64,000 nt of DNA, from the NCBI GenBank assembly GCA_040218735.1, contig JAVJQW010000011.1:384001-448000 (forward strand), given 5' to 3'. Each line of letters starts with the position of its first letter. Within the stretch, counting starts at the first letter, position 1. A program made the position numbers and the translations under genes. Below are positions 8,987-21,374 of this stretch, piece after piece. Under the pieces are notes generated by a model. That model did not search any database, was not told the DNA's origin, and saw only the letters and a list, made by a program, of their open reading frames with translations. Origin of the DNA: Deltaproteobacteria bacterium (GTDB lineage: Bacteria > Myxococcota > Kuafuiibacteriia > Kuafuiibacteriales > Kuafuiibacteriaceae).

Positions 8987-10660
8987 GTGGCCGCAGAGTT
9001 TCCCTGCAGCTTCGGCCCGTACGTCCTGATGCGCCTCCTCGGCGCCGGGTCCGGCGGTGCCGCCTACCTCGCGCGCCCCGCGCTGCGCGCGCCCGGGTGG
9101 CCGCCGCACGTGGTCGTGAAGGTCCTCCGCGACGAGGTCGCGCAACACGCCGACGACATCGCACGGTTCGAACACGAGGCGCGCGTCGCGGTCTGCGTCG
9201 AACACGAAAACGTGGTGCGGGTCCTCGACGCGGGGCGCGTCGAAAACAATCTCGGCGACCAGCTGTACCTCGCGATGGACTACGTCGACGGCACGATGCT
9301 GTCCGACGTCCGCAAGACCCTCGCCGACGCCGACGTGTACCTCCCCCTCCCCGTCTCGATCGCCATCCTCGAACAAGCGCTGCGCGGGGTCGGCGCGCTA
9401 CACGACGCACGCGGCCCCGACGGGGCTCCGCTGGAGTTCGTCCACCGCGACCTGTCGCCGCGCAACGTGATGGTCGACTCGCGCGGACACGTGCGGCTGA
9501 TCGACCTCGGCCTCGCCAAGTCACGCCTACAGGAGTGGATGACCACGCCGGGGACGACGCTGGGCTCGGCCGGTTACATGCCCCCCGAACAGGCTGCGGG
9601 CGACCCCGTGGATCAGGGCGCCGACCTGTACGCGATCGGCGCCGTCGCCTACGAGCTCTTCTCGGGCCAGCGGATGATCGCGCCTGCGAACGCGCAGAAG
9701 ATGCTGCACGACACGCTGACGTACCGACACCGCCCCATCCCTCCGGGCCGCCCGGAGGTACCGGCGGCGCTCGACGCCTTCGTGGAGCGCGCGACGGCGC
9801 ACGGGAAGAACGAACGCTTCCGCTCCGCCGAACAGATGCGCCAAGCGCTGCTCGCCTGCGGCATCGCCCCCGCGAAGAAGTCGACGGTCGCCGAGTTCCT
9901 CCGCGGACGCGTCGGCCCCGTCGCCCCCGTGCCGATCGGCGAGGAGGGCATGGACACCGCGCTCACGGAGGCCCACGCGGAGCACACACACATCATCGCG
10001 CGACGCCCGGAGCTAATGGTGCCGGACGACGCACCCGCGGACATCATGTTCGCGCCGACGCGCGCGGAGGTGTCGCCCTTCTCGGACCCGGCCGTCGCGT
10101 CGTCGTCGCCGGTGTCGTTCGTGCAGCCACCGCCACGCAAGCCGTGGGGGTTCATCGTGGCCGGGGTCATCGCCGTGGCGATGGTCGCGATCTACGTCCT
10201 GGTGCCGCCGCCCGTGACCGAAGCGCCGACCGTCACGAACACCACGAACGCGCCCCCGGACGCCCCCGCCGCAACCGTGGTCGCCCGTCCCGTCCCGACC
10301 GTCGCGAAGCGCTCCGTCCCCGAACCCGAGCTCGTCGCGCCCCGACGCACGCCGAAGCGCAAGCGGACCAACGCAGCGCCGCCGCCGCCCCCGCCGCCAC
10401 CACCGCCGCGCGCGGCGCGGCCGCCGCCGCCCAAACCCGCGCGCGCGAGTGTGCAGACCCTCGTGAAGAAGACCGCGGCGCGCGCCGACCGGTTGCGTTC
10501 ACGACTCGATCAAGACGATCCGGACCAGGTCCAGCGCTACCGCGCGGTCAACGAGATCCTCATGGACCTCACCCGAATCGAAGCGCTGGGCGAGGCGGAC
10601 GACGCCCTCGCCCGCGAGCAGCTCGCCGCCGCGACGAAGCGGCTGAAGTCCCTCGAATAA
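8987..10660 (+). CDS. Membrane Ser/Thr protein kinase (Hanks type)
   Basis: GAGSGG, VVK, HRDLSPRN, DLG, YMPPEQ, DLYAIG; TM helix followed by a Pro-rich region. Confidence 0.93.
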   Translation: MAAEFPCSFGPYVLMRLLGAGSGGAAYLARPALRAPGWPPHVVVKVLRDEVAQHADDIARFEHEARVAVCVEHENVVRVLDAGRVENNLGDQLYLAMDYVDGTMLSDVRKTLADADVYLPLPVSIAILEQALRGVGALHDARGPDGAPLEFVHRDLSPRNVMVDSRGHVRLIDLGLAKSRLQEWMTTPGTTLGSAGYMPPEQAAGDPVDQGADLYAIGAVAYELFSGQRMIAPANAQKMLHDTLTYRHRPIPPGRPEVPAALDAFVERATAHGKNERFRSAEQMRQALLACGIAPAKKSTVAEFLRGRVGPVAPVPIGEEGMDTALTEAHAEHTHIIARRPELMVPDDAPADIMFAPTRAEVSPFSDPAVASSSPVSFVQPPPRKPWGFIVAGVIAVAMVAIYVLVPPPVTEAPTVTNTTNAPPDAPAATVVARPVPTVAKRSVPEPELVAPRRTPKRKRTNAAPPPPPPPPPPRAARPPPPKPARASVQTLVKKTAARADRLRSRLDQDDPDQVQRYRAVNEILMDLTRIEALGEADDALAREQLAAATKRLKSLE

Positions 10661-10672
10661 CGCGCCGACGCC

Positions 10673-11476
10673 TCAGAAGTTGTCGCAGGTCGGCTCGATG
10701 CAGACGGTGACCGTCTTGTCCGGCGGCTGCGCGACGACGGCGACGGCGACGGCCCCCGCGACGACGACCGTCGCGGACACGATCCAGAACCACGGCGACG
10801 AGAGGATCGACGTCGGCGCCTCCTCCAGCTTCGGGCGGAGGAGCCACGTCTCACCCTCGGCGAGATCACGCCGCTCCGCGAACGGCTCGTAGCCCTCGCG
10901 ACGCGCTTCGATGCGATGCGGGCCCGGGGCGACGTCGAGCTGGTGCTGCGCCGCCGTCACCTGCGGGACGTCGTCGAGGAGGATCGTCGCGTCTGGCGGG
11001 TCGGCGACGAGGTCGATCGCCGCGGAGCGGACGAAGCCGGCCTCGGCGAGTAGCTCGGACGTGATGCGCCGGAGCGTCCCGGCCTCGTCCTTCGCGTCGG
11101 TGAGGTTGCCTAGCCTCGAGCCCGCACGGCTGAGTCGCTTCGCCCCCGGGACCAGCTGGATCTGAGCCACGGGCGGAGCGACACGGCGGTTGATCACGAC
11201 GACGACGGCGAGATCCGCACCGAAGTCCCCGACCGAACGACGCACGCAGTTGTTGTCGGTGCCGCACCGCTTGATGGCGGTGACGAGCGCCGTGCCGTCG
11301 AGGCTGAAGAGGTCGTCGATCGACATCGCCGACAACCCGTGGCGCTCGTCGATGGCGTCCGCGATCGGCCGGACGATCTGCGCCGTCTGCACGCGGTTGT
11401 CGGTCCCGACGATCGGGACGATGGCGACCCGACCCACCGCAGCCGCGGCGACGAGACCTAACAGCGCGATCGACAC
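10673..11476 (-). CDS. PEGA-domain membrane protein
   Basis: Signal-like N-terminus; ADPPDATILLD..PGPHRIEARREGYEPF; SPWFW followed by a C-terminal TM helix. Confidence 0.8.
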   Translation of the reverse strand: MSIALLGLVAAAAVGRVAIVPIVGTDNRVQTAQIVRPIADAIDERHGLSAMSIDDLFSLDGTALVTAIKRCGTDNNCVRRSVGDFGADLAVVVVINRRVAPPVAQIQLVPGAKRLSRAGSRLGNLTDAKDEAGTLRRITSELLAEAGFVRSAAIDLVADPPDATILLDDVPQVTAAQHQLDVAPGPHRIEARREGYEPFAERRDLAEGETWLLRPKLEEAPTSILSSPWFWIVSATVVVAGAVAVAVVAQPPDKTVTVCIEPTCDNF

Positions 11477-11523
11477 CGACGCCGACCTTAGCGCAAGACG
11501 CTCCGGGATGTGAGCTCGCCCGC

Positions 11524-12936
11524 TTAATGCTTCGGCTTGGTGAGCGGATCGAAGCGCGCGATCGGGTTGCGCGTCCCGGCGGCGTAGATCGTCAGTCCGC
11601 CGGAGCCGACCTGCGCGAAGTTGGTCCCGGACAGCGTCGGGTCGAACGTCGCGGGGTGGCCCCAGCTGTTCCTCAGGCGCGCGATCTCGGTCGGGTCGTA
11701 CTGCGGATCGTCGAGGTTCTTGCCGGCGCGGCGACTCAACGTCAGCGTCTGCTTCTTCCCGTCGTCGAGCGTCGACGCGTAGATCTGCGGCCCGCCCGGC
11801 TCGAGGAGCTGCAGCAGGCGATCGACGGTGAACGTCTCGTGGTCGCGTGTGATCTTCACGCGGTCGACGTCCTCGCCGTCCACCGTCACACGCGGCCGCT
11901 GCCCGACCGGCACCGCGTTGTCGCGCGCGGACGGGACGTAGTGATCGAAGTGCACCGCGTCGACGTCCGCGTTCGCCTGGTAAGCGAGCGGCGCGGACCA
12001 CAGCTTCTTCGAGTACATGTCCGGATTCTTCGGGAACCGGTACGACGCCTCGATCGCGGGCTCGGGCTCGTCCCCCTGGAACACCTTCACCGCGAAGCTC
12101 CCGCCGTCCGCGATCGTCGAACCGCTCCGCCGCACCATGCTCGGGGTGATCTCCACCGCCTGCACCATCTGACCGTCGATCTTCATCGGCCGCGGCGACA
12201 GCTGCGCCGCGCACTGATCCCCCGCCTCGTTCGTAATGAACACCCGCGCGCCGCTCGGCACCGTCACCACCACCGAGTCCTTCTGGAAGCCGTGCAGCTC
12301 GATGGTGTCGCCCGCCTTGCCGCGGCGCGGGAACAGGTCCGCCCAGCCGTTGCGCCGATACAACTTCGCGCCGTTCTTGCCCTCGGCGAGCGGCGTGAAC
12401 GTGCTATCGAGGTGCACCGTCGCGTCGCGCTCGGTGTGCGCCGGCCCCGCGGCCGACGCCGCGAACACCGTCGCGCGCTCGACCATCGCGCTGGTCATCG
12501 CCATCCGCGTCCCGGCGTAGCCCTTTCGGAGGCGCTCGAGCAGCTTCGTCGCGGTGATGCCATCGCCGTCCTCGGGCTTCGGGCGCAGGAAGTCGAGGAG
12601 GCCGGTGAACTTCTTCAGCTCGTCGAATGGGATCTCGGGGTCGCCGGGGCGCGCCGGGTGCTCGCGTGCCTCGCCGACCGACGTGGACAGGCTCGGATAC
12701 TCCGCCTTCGGCAGTGGCGTCGTGGTGTCGACGCGCTGGGTGGCGCGGAGGAGCTGCGCGGGGAGCTGCAGGTCGAGCAGCGCGGCGCGCCGTTGCAGGC
12801 TCGACAGATCGACGTAGCCGCCCGCGTCGCCCGTGAACGACGTCTTGACGCCCTTCGCCGCGTCGCCGTCCCGAAGACGCGCGAAGTCGTCCCCGCCGAA
12901 CCCAAACCTCTCGAGCGTCCTCAGACCGAGCTTCAC
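11524..12936 (-). CDS. Hypothetical protein (470 aa)
   Basis: Long ORF with GC-rich third codon positions and normal amino-acid composition; no motif recognised. Confidence 0.75.
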   Translation of the reverse strand: MKLGLRTLERFGFGGDDFARLRDGDAAKGVKTSFTGDAGGYVDLSSLQRRAALLDLQLPAQLLRATQRVDTTTPLPKAEYPSLSTSVGEAREHPARPGDPEIPFDELKKFTGLLDFLRPKPEDGDGITATKLLERLRKGYAGTRMAMTSAMVERATVFAASAAGPAHTERDATVHLDSTFTPLAEGKNGAKLYRRNGWADLFPRRGKAGDTIELHGFQKDSVVVTVPSGARVFITNEAGDQCAAQLSPRPMKIDGQMVQAVEITPSMVRRSGSTIADGGSFAVKVFQGDEPEPAIEASYRFPKNPDMYSKKLWSAPLAYQANADVDAVHFDHYVPSARDNAVPVGQRPRVTVDGEDVDRVKITRDHETFTVDRLLQLLEPGGPQIYASTLDDGKKQTLTLSRRAGKNLDDPQYDPTEIARLRNSWGHPATFDPTLSGTNFAQVGSGGLTIYAAGTRNPIARFDPLTKPKH

Positions 12937-12983
12937 GTTTCGGACGATGTCAGATCCCCACGAAGGTACGCAAGAGGCCTACA

Positions 12984-15789
12984 TCACACCGAGCCGCCGG
13001 GATCCCCTTCGACGACGCCCGGACCTGGGCCATCCGCCGCATAGTAAGAGCCGGGGAACGGCGCGTCGCCCGCCGTCGCGAGCCGTTTCACCTGCGCCGC
13101 ACAGACCTTGTACTCCGCCGTCTGGGTGATCGGGTCACCCTGGTCGTTGGTCAGCAAGTTCGCGCGCGCCTCGGGGAAGTGCATCGGCATCCAGATGCAG
13201 CCGCGCCGCACCTGCCGCGACACGAGCGCACGCACCTCCACGCGCCCGCGCTTCGTCGTGACCTCGACCATGTCACCGTGCCCGATGCCCCGCATCTTGG
13301 CGTCGCGCGGGTGGATCTCGATCCACGCCTCGGGCTGCTTCTCGGCGAGCTGTGGTGTGCGCCGCGTCTGGGTCGCCGCGTTGTAGTGGTACAGCGTTCG
13401 GCCCGTCGACAGCACCAGCGGGTACGGCTCGGACGGCAGCTCCAACGACGGACGGTACTCGACCGCCTGGAACAAGCCCTTGCCGCGGAGCACTCGCCCC
13501 TCGTGCAGGTACTTCGTCCCGGGGTGTGTCTTGTCCTCGCACGGCCACTGCAGCCCCACGCCCTCGGCGTCGATGCGCGCGTGGCTGATGCCGATGAACT
13601 TCGGCGCATCGCGCACGAGCTCGTCGTAGACGGCGGAGGCCGAGTCGAAGCCCCAGTCCGCGCCGCACGCCGTCGCGAGGTCCACGAGGATCTCCCAGTC
13701 CGCCCGCGCCTGCCCCGGCGGCTCGACCGCCTTGCGGACGCGCTGCACCCGACGCTCGGAGTTCGTGAACACCCCCTCCTTCTCCGCGAAACACGCGGCG
13801 GGGAGGATCACGTCGGCGTAGCGCGCGGTCTCGTTGAGGAAGATGTCCTGCACGACCACGAAGTCGAGCTTGTTCATCCCCTCCTCGAGCTTCGTGACGT
13901 TCGGCTCGGAGATGACGATGTCCTCGCCCATGACGAACAGGCCTTTGATCTGCTTCCCGACGGCCTTCATCATCACGTTGAGGTTCATGCCCGGCTCGGG
14001 CGACAGCTCGACGCCCCACGCCGCCTCGTACTTCTTGCGCACCGCTTCGTCGTCGACGCGCTGGTACCCCGGGTAGAACACCGGCGACGCGCCCGCGTCG
14101 TTCGCGCCCTGCACGTTGTTCTGCCCGCGGAGCGGGTTCATGCCCGACGCCGGCCGACCGAGGTGCCCCGTCATCAACACGAGGTTCGACAGCGCGTACA
14201 CGTTGTCCGTGCCGTGGGAGTGCTCGGTGATGCCGAGTGTGTAGTAGATGCCGGCCTTCGGCGTGGTCGCGTACTTCCTCGCCGTCCAGCGGATGTCGTC
14301 CGCGGAGACGCCCGTGATCTTCTCGGCCTCCTCGGGTGTGTACATCGCGACGGTCTTCTTCACCGCCTCGAAGCCCTCGGTGTTCGTCTCGATGAACTTC
14401 GCGTCGACGAGCCCCTCCTCGACGATCACGTGCGCCATCGCGTTGAGCAGCCAGACGTCCGTCCCCGGACGCATCCTCAGGTGCTTCTCGGCGATGGTCG
14501 TCATCCAGATCGCGCGCGGGTCGGCCACGACCATCGTCGCGCCGCGCCGCACGGCCCGCTTCATCTCCATCGCGATGATCGGGTGCGCCTCGGACGTGTT
14601 GCTGCCGATGACCAGCAAGAAGTCCGCGTCGCGGATCTCACCGATCGAGTTCGTCATCGCTCCCGCACCAAACGTGGCGACCAGACCGGCCACCGTGGGA
14701 GCGTGTCAGGTCGCCGCGCATTGATGCGCGTTGTTCGTGCCGAACGCGGCACGGGCGAGCTTCTGCACGAGGTAGTTCTCCTCCATCGTGCAGCGGGACG
14801 AGGACACGAACCCCAGCGCGTCGGCGCCGTGGTCTCGTTTCACCTTCTTCAGGCCCTCCGCCGCGAAGCGGATCGCCTCCTCCCAGGTGGCTTCTTCGAG
14901 CCGCCCGTTCTTCCGAATGAGCGGCGTCTTCAGGCGGTCTTCGTGCTCGACGAACTCGTACGCGAAGCGCCCCTTCACACACAGGTTGCCGTCGTTCGGC
15001 GGCGTGCCCGGGGGCGGGCTCGTCACCTTCACCACGCGCCCGCGGCCTTCGTTGGCCTCGCGGTCCACGTTGAGGTCCATCTGGCAGCCGACCCCACAGT
15101 AGTTGCAGGTGGTGCGGACCTTCTCGAGCTCACGCTCCGGCTTCGCGAGCGTGACGAGCGGGATCTTCTCGGCCATCGCGCCCGTCGGACAGACGTCGAC
15201 GCAGCCGCCGCACAGCTCACACGTGGAGTCGACGAGCGAGACCTCGTCGACCGTGGAGATCGTCGTGTGGGCGCCGCGGTTCGTCAGGCTGATCGCGCTG
15301 ACGCCCTCGACCTCTTCGCAATAGCGCGTGCACCGAGCACACAGGATGCAGCGGTCCGCGCGGAACTGGATGTACTTGTTGCGGTCGGTGTCGCGCGACA
15401 TGCGCAGCGGCGCCATCGCCGGCCACGCGTCGTCGGCGCCGACGTCCTTCGCCATCTGGTGCAGCTCACACGGCGCGCCGTTCTCGCAGTTGTCGTGCCC
15501 CTGCACGTGGTCGGCGAGGTACAGCGACAAGAGCGCGCGCTGGTGACGCTTCACCCGGTCGGTCTCGGTGCGCACCACCATCTCGCCGTTCGCGGGCGTC
15601 GCGCACGCGGGGACGAGGCGGCGGGAGCCCTCGACCTCCACGAGGCACGTCCGGCACGCGCCGGCCGGCTTCAGGCGCGGGTCGTGGCAGAGCGTGGGGA
15701 TCTCGACGCCGTTCTTCTCGGCGACTTGGAGAATCGTCTCCCCCTCGCCGACGTCGACGAGCGCTCCGTTCAGCGAGAGTTTCTTGCCG

Positions 15790-15797
<8 letters not shown>
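12984..15797 (-). CDS. fdhF: Selenocysteine-containing formate dehydrogenase alpha subunit (937 aa with UGA read as Sec at 14706-14708)
   Basis: Two in-frame track ORFs join as NNAHQCAAT-U-HAPTVAGL..GAMTNS; N-terminal 2Fe-2S and 2x4Fe-4S motifs, CNYCGVGC, LCVKGRF, PLRGQNNVQG and a molybdopterin-binding C-terminal domain. Confidence 0.93.
14658..14705 (-). promoter_or_regulatory. Bacterial SECIS element
   Basis: Directly after the UGA: CGCTCCC/GGGAGCG lower stem and an upper stem around a GGUCU loop, in the same codon register as E. coli fdhF. Confidence 0.85.
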
Positions 15798-17430
<1,633 letters not shown>

Positions 17431-17488
17431 CGCCGCGGTCCCGCACCTCCGGAGACCGCGACGGCCCGCCAGCGGCTATGCTCCCCGC

Positions 17489-19468
17489 GTGCGTTCCCGA
17501 CGGCTCGTGACGCTCGCGTTGGCGATCGTCGTGTGGTGGCTCGTCGGGCTCCCGATCCTCGCGCCGCTCGTCGCGACGTTCCTCGCCGTCTGGTTCCTCG
17601 CCGCCGTGTTCGCGCGCGAGCGGTTCGTCCCCTCCACGACCACCGCGCTGCTCGCGCTCGTCGGCGCGGCCGCGTTCGCCGGGTACACCCGCGGCGCCGA
17701 CGTGGTCGCGACCGAGCAGCTCGCGGGGCTCGACGTGGTGTTGGCGGATCGCTGGCGCCTGACGAAGACCCCCGCGATCGCGCCGCCCGTCCTGCACCTC
17801 GACCGGCCCTCCGTGCTCTTCGGACACGCCGACGCCGCCTCGATGGCGCTGGTCTTCGACGACACCACCCTCCCCGGCGCGCCGCTCGGCCACGGCCTCT
17901 TTGCGTTCGACTTCGATCCGGGCGCGCACCGCGTCACGCGCTCCGTCCGCCTCGAGGTGGACGGTGATCGGGAGGTCGCGGCGCTCGACATCGTCTCCCC
18001 GCGCCACGAGCCGCGGTGGGGGTGCGCCGGAGCGACGGTCGCGGTCGTCAGCGAGCCGACCGACACCCTGTTCGTCCGCGACGGCGGAGCCTGGCGCGCG
18101 GAGCCCACGCTCGACGGCCCCGCGGCCTGCGTCGTCCTCGACGACGGGCGGATCGTCGTCGCGCACCGGTACGACCCGCGGCTCCGCGTGGGTACCGGCG
18201 AGATCGAGATCGGCGTCGGCCAGGTCGGCCTCGCACGTCGCGGCGACCGGATCGCCGTCGCCTCCATCGAGCCACCGTCCGTGACGATCGTCGACGTCAC
18301 CACTTCGTCGATCGTCGAACGCATCCCCCTCGCCGCGCCGCCCGACTGGGTTACGTACGCGGGTGAACGGCTCCTCGTCGCGAGCCGCACGGCGCACACG
18401 CTCGCCCGCGTGGGACATGACGACGCGTTGTACTTCGGTCGACCGGCCATCCACCTCACGAGCTCGCCGTCCGGGCGTCTTGCCTTCGTTGCGCTCACCG
18501 ACTACCGCCCCGACGGCGACGCCGGACCGAACCACCACGTGAACGAGCAGATCGTCGTCGTCGACGTCGACGCCTGGCGCATCGTCGAACGTATCGAGAC
18601 CGGCGCGTTCGGCGCGCTCCCTACCGGCATCCACGCCCCCGACGACGACATGCTCCTCGTCTCCTTCGCCGCCTCCAACGCCCTGGTCACGATCGACGTG
18701 AAGCACCGAGCCGCGCGCGCGAAGGTCGACCTCCCGATCGTCGTCCCGCATGCTGTCTTGCATGCGAACGACGACACCTTCGTCGTCTCCCCCGCCGAAG
18801 CCGCCATCCATCACGTCGAAGCCGACCGCACCGAGCGCTTCGAGGCGGAGCCCGCCCGCGGCTACCGCGCGTTCTACGAAGCCACCCGCGCCGGCGTCGC
18901 GTGCGCGACCTGCCACCTGCACGCCACCACCGACTTCGCGTTCCACGACATCGGCCACGGCGAGCCGCGGTCCACCCTCGACGTCCGCGGCACCTGGGGC
19001 ACCGCCCCGTATCTCCGCGGCGCCAGCTACCCGACGATCGGCGCGCTGCACGACTTCGCCGAGGGCGTCCTCGGCGGTTACGAACGTGAGGTCGCCGACC
19101 GCCCCGCGCGCCTCGAAGCCTTCCTGAAGACACGCGGACGTGAGCGCGCGCGACCCGTCGTACCCGAGGCCGCGGGGGTCGACGCCTTCGTGCGCGCCGA
19201 CTGCGTCGCGTGCCACGCGTTCCCGGCGTTCACGAACCTCGCCCAGCTCCCCGAGGCGTCGCTGTTCCCGGACCGCCGCGACCTGAACGTCCTCGACACC
19301 CCCTCCCTGCTCGGCCTCCGCGACTCGGCGCCCTACCTACTGGACGGCCGCGCGAAGACCATCGACGCCGTCCTCTTCGACCACGACCCGGCCGAGCGTC
19401 ACGGGAGTATCGCGCGCCTCGACGAAGCCGGACGGCGCGCCCTCCTCGCGTTCCTGGAAGCCCTGTGA
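17489..19468 (+). CDS. Membrane-anchored beta-propeller plus di-heme cytochrome c protein
   Basis: N-terminal TM helices; YncE-like propeller; CATCH and CVACH heme motifs; DTPSLLGL..SAPYLLDGRA. Confidence 0.8.
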   Translation: MRSRRLVTLALAIVVWWLVGLPILAPLVATFLAVWFLAAVFARERFVPSTTTALLALVGAAAFAGYTRGADVVATEQLAGLDVVLADRWRLTKTPAIAPPVLHLDRPSVLFGHADAASMALVFDDTTLPGAPLGHGLFAFDFDPGAHRVTRSVRLEVDGDREVAALDIVSPRHEPRWGCAGATVAVVSEPTDTLFVRDGGAWRAEPTLDGPAACVVLDDGRIVVAHRYDPRLRVGTGEIEIGVGQVGLARRGDRIAVASIEPPSVTIVDVTTSSIVERIPLAAPPDWVTYAGERLLVASRTAHTLARVGHDDALYFGRPAIHLTSSPSGRLAFVALTDYRPDGDAGPNHHVNEQIVVVDVDAWRIVERIETGAFGALPTGIHAPDDDMLLVSFAASNALVTIDVKHRAARAKVDLPIVVPHAVLHANDDTFVVSPAEAAIHHVEADRTERFEAEPARGYRAFYEATRAGVACATCHLHATTDFAFHDIGHGEPRSTLDVRGTWGTAPYLRGASYPTIGALHDFAEGVLGGYEREVADRPARLEAFLKTRGRERARPVVPEAAGVDAFVRADCVACHAFPAFTNLAQLPEASLFPDRRDLNVLDTPSLLGLRDSAPYLLDGRAKTIDAVLFDHDPAERHGSIARLDEAGRRALLAFLEAL

Positions 19469-20004
19469 TGCGACCGCTCCCGATCACGCTCGCGCTGTTC
19501 GGTGCCGCCCTCGGCTTCGTCGTCATCCTCGCCCCGGACGCGCCGCTCCTGAACGAGCTGTTCCGCGCGCGGATGTCGGGATGGGTCGCGATGGCCGCGC
19601 TCCTCGGTTCGCTGTCGATGCCGCTGCTGTCCCGCTTCGGTCGCGTCGCGCCGTGGCGGCGAGCGCTCGGCGTCACCGCTGCGGTGTTCACGACGGTGCA
19701 CGCCGCATTTGTGCTGCCGACCGACCTCGTCCCGGATCTCCGCCTGCTGATCTACGAGCCGCTCTTGCGCGCGGGGGCCGCAACCCTCGTCGCGCTGGTC
19801 GTCCTCGCGGTGACTTCGTTCGGCGCCGTCGCTCGCCGCGTCCCGCGGTGGAAGGATCTCCACGCGCTCGCGTACGTCGCTGGCGCGCTCGCCGCGCTGC
19901 ACCTCGCGCTGTCCCCCCACGCGTGGGCGCCGGCCCCGCTCGCGGTCTGCGGTCTGCTTGTAACCAGCGTCCTGTTTCGCGCTGCGGACAAGAAGCGCTG
20001 GTGA
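19468..20004 (+). CDS. Ferric reductase-like transmembrane protein (MsrQ/YedZ-like)
   Basis: WRRALG..H, LAVTS and WKDLH.LAY..LH heme-b His pattern; stop/start overlap with the upstream gene. Confidence 0.8.
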   Translation: MRPLPITLALFGAALGFVVILAPDAPLLNELFRARMSGWVAMAALLGSLSMPLLSRFGRVAPWRRALGVTAAVFTTVHAAFVLPTDLVPDLRLLIYEPLLRAGAATLVALVVLAVTSFGAVARRVPRWKDLHALAYVAGALAALHLALSPHAWAPAPLAVCGLLVTSVLFRAADKKRW

Positions 20005-20060
20005 CCGGCGGCGCTCCTTTTTCGGTTGCCCCCCTCGCGCCCGCGCGCAGTATGCGCGGC

Positions 20061-20423
20061 ATGACTCGCAAGCTCCTCCCCGAGGACCGCGTCCACCCCG
20101 CCATCCGCGACAAGATCGCCGCGCATCACGCCGACCTCGTCGCCGAGGTCGAAGCCGCGGTCGCCCAACACGACGTGGTCGTCGTCGGCATGGGCCAGAA
20201 CCCGTTCCCCAGGAAGGCCAAGAAAGCGCTCACCGAGGCCGGCGTCGCCTTCCACTACCTAGAGTACGGGAACTATCTGAACACGTGGCGGCCGCGGACC
20301 GCGCTGAAGATGTGGAGCGGCTGGCCGACCTTCCCGATGATCTTCGTGAAGGGCACGCTCGTCGGCGGCTACGACGAGCTGCAGGCGCTCCTCGACGCGG
20401 ACACGCTGAAGTCGATGCTGTAG
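20061..20423 (+). CDS. Glutaredoxin-like protein lacking cysteine
   Basis: WSGWPTFPMIFVKGTLVGGYD glutaredoxin signature; NPFP at the CxxC position. Confidence 0.85.
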   Translation: MTRKLLPEDRVHPAIRDKIAAHHADLVAEVEAAVAQHDVVVVGMGQNPFPRKAKKALTEAGVAFHYLEYGNYLNTWRPRTALKMWSGWPTFPMIFVKGTLVGGYDELQALLDADTLKSML

Positions 20424-20430
20424 GTGCCGA

Positions 20431-21288
20431 CTACTCCTCGTCCGCCGGCTCCGGCGCCTCTTCGGCGGGCGCCTCGGCGGCGGCCTTCTCCGCCTCACAC
20501 GTCGTGAGCTTCTGCTTGCACTCACCGATCGACTTGCCCATCTCGTCGATCTTCTTCGTGCACTTCGCCGCCGAGTCCTGCGCCTTCTTCAGGTTGGCGC
20601 GCGCCTCGACCAGCGCGGCGCGATCCTCGGACGCTTCCGGCGGCACCGCGGCGAACTTCTTGTCGTACTCCTTGCGCGCCTCCTCGGTTTCCTTCCACTG
20701 CTCGCTGTGATCCTTCTCGAGCTCCGCGGACTTCGACAGCTGCTCGGAGAGCTGCACCTTGTAGTCGGCGAGGACGACGTCCTCCTTGCCCGCCGCGTTC
20801 GACTTCGCGACGGCGTCGGCGCGCGAGGACTCCAGATCGGCGTCCGCGGTGATCACCTTCTGCTCCGCGAGCTGCACGCCGAGCTGCGCGTACTCCAACC
20901 CCTCCTCGCGCCACTCGATGTTGGCGTCGTCCGCGTCGACCAGCGCCTCGAGCGCCTTGCCCACCGCCGCGGCGCGCACCGCGCGGTCACCACCGTCGAT
21001 GTCCTGCGCCAGCTCGAGCAGATCGTTGTTGGCGCCAATGCGCTGCACCGTCGTCTCGCGATCGAGCTCGGCCTTCCGCAGGTCGTACTGCGCGCCGCGC
21101 AGGTCGTCCTGCGCCTTTTCGAGATCCTTCTTGGCGTCCTCCAGGTGACGCTCCTTCGTCTGAAGCGCGCCAGCCTCACCGGCGGGGATCGCCTGAACCA
21201 GCTCGGTCGGGACCCGAAGGGACACTCCACCGGACGCACAAGCAACGGTCATCGACGAGAACAGGACGAGAGCAACAGACCGAATCAT
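20431..21288 (-). CDS. Coiled-coil lipoprotein
   Basis: Lipobox-like TVAC; long heptad-rich, E/K/A-rich helical sequence. Confidence 0.75.
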   Translation of the reverse strand: MIRSVALVLFSSMTVACASGGVSLRVPTELVQAIPAGEAGALQTKERHLEDAKKDLEKAQDDLRGAQYDLRKAELDRETTVQRIGANNDLLELAQDIDGGDRAVRAAAVGKALEALVDADDANIEWREEGLEYAQLGVQLAEQKVITADADLESSRADAVAKSNAAGKEDVVLADYKVQLSEQLSKSAELEKDHSEQWKETEEARKEYDKKFAAVPPEASEDRAALVEARANLKKAQDSAAKCTKKIDEMGKSIGECKQKLTTCEAEKAAAEAPAEEAPEPADEE

Positions 21289-21374
21289 GGCGCCGTTAGA
21301 ACAGGGTGCGCGACGATTGTCAGGTCCCCCCTCCCCGCCTGGCCAAATTCCTCGGATTGAGATTCGTTGTCGGC

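Noticed and set aside
10378-10432. CCG-rich repeat as a separate element
   Set aside because: It encodes the poly-Pro linker of the kinase, which is common in myxobacterial kinases
14706-14708. Nonsense mutation or pseudogene call for formate dehydrogenase
   Set aside because: The UGA falls exactly at the catalytic Cys/Sec column and is followed by a SECIS-like hairpin
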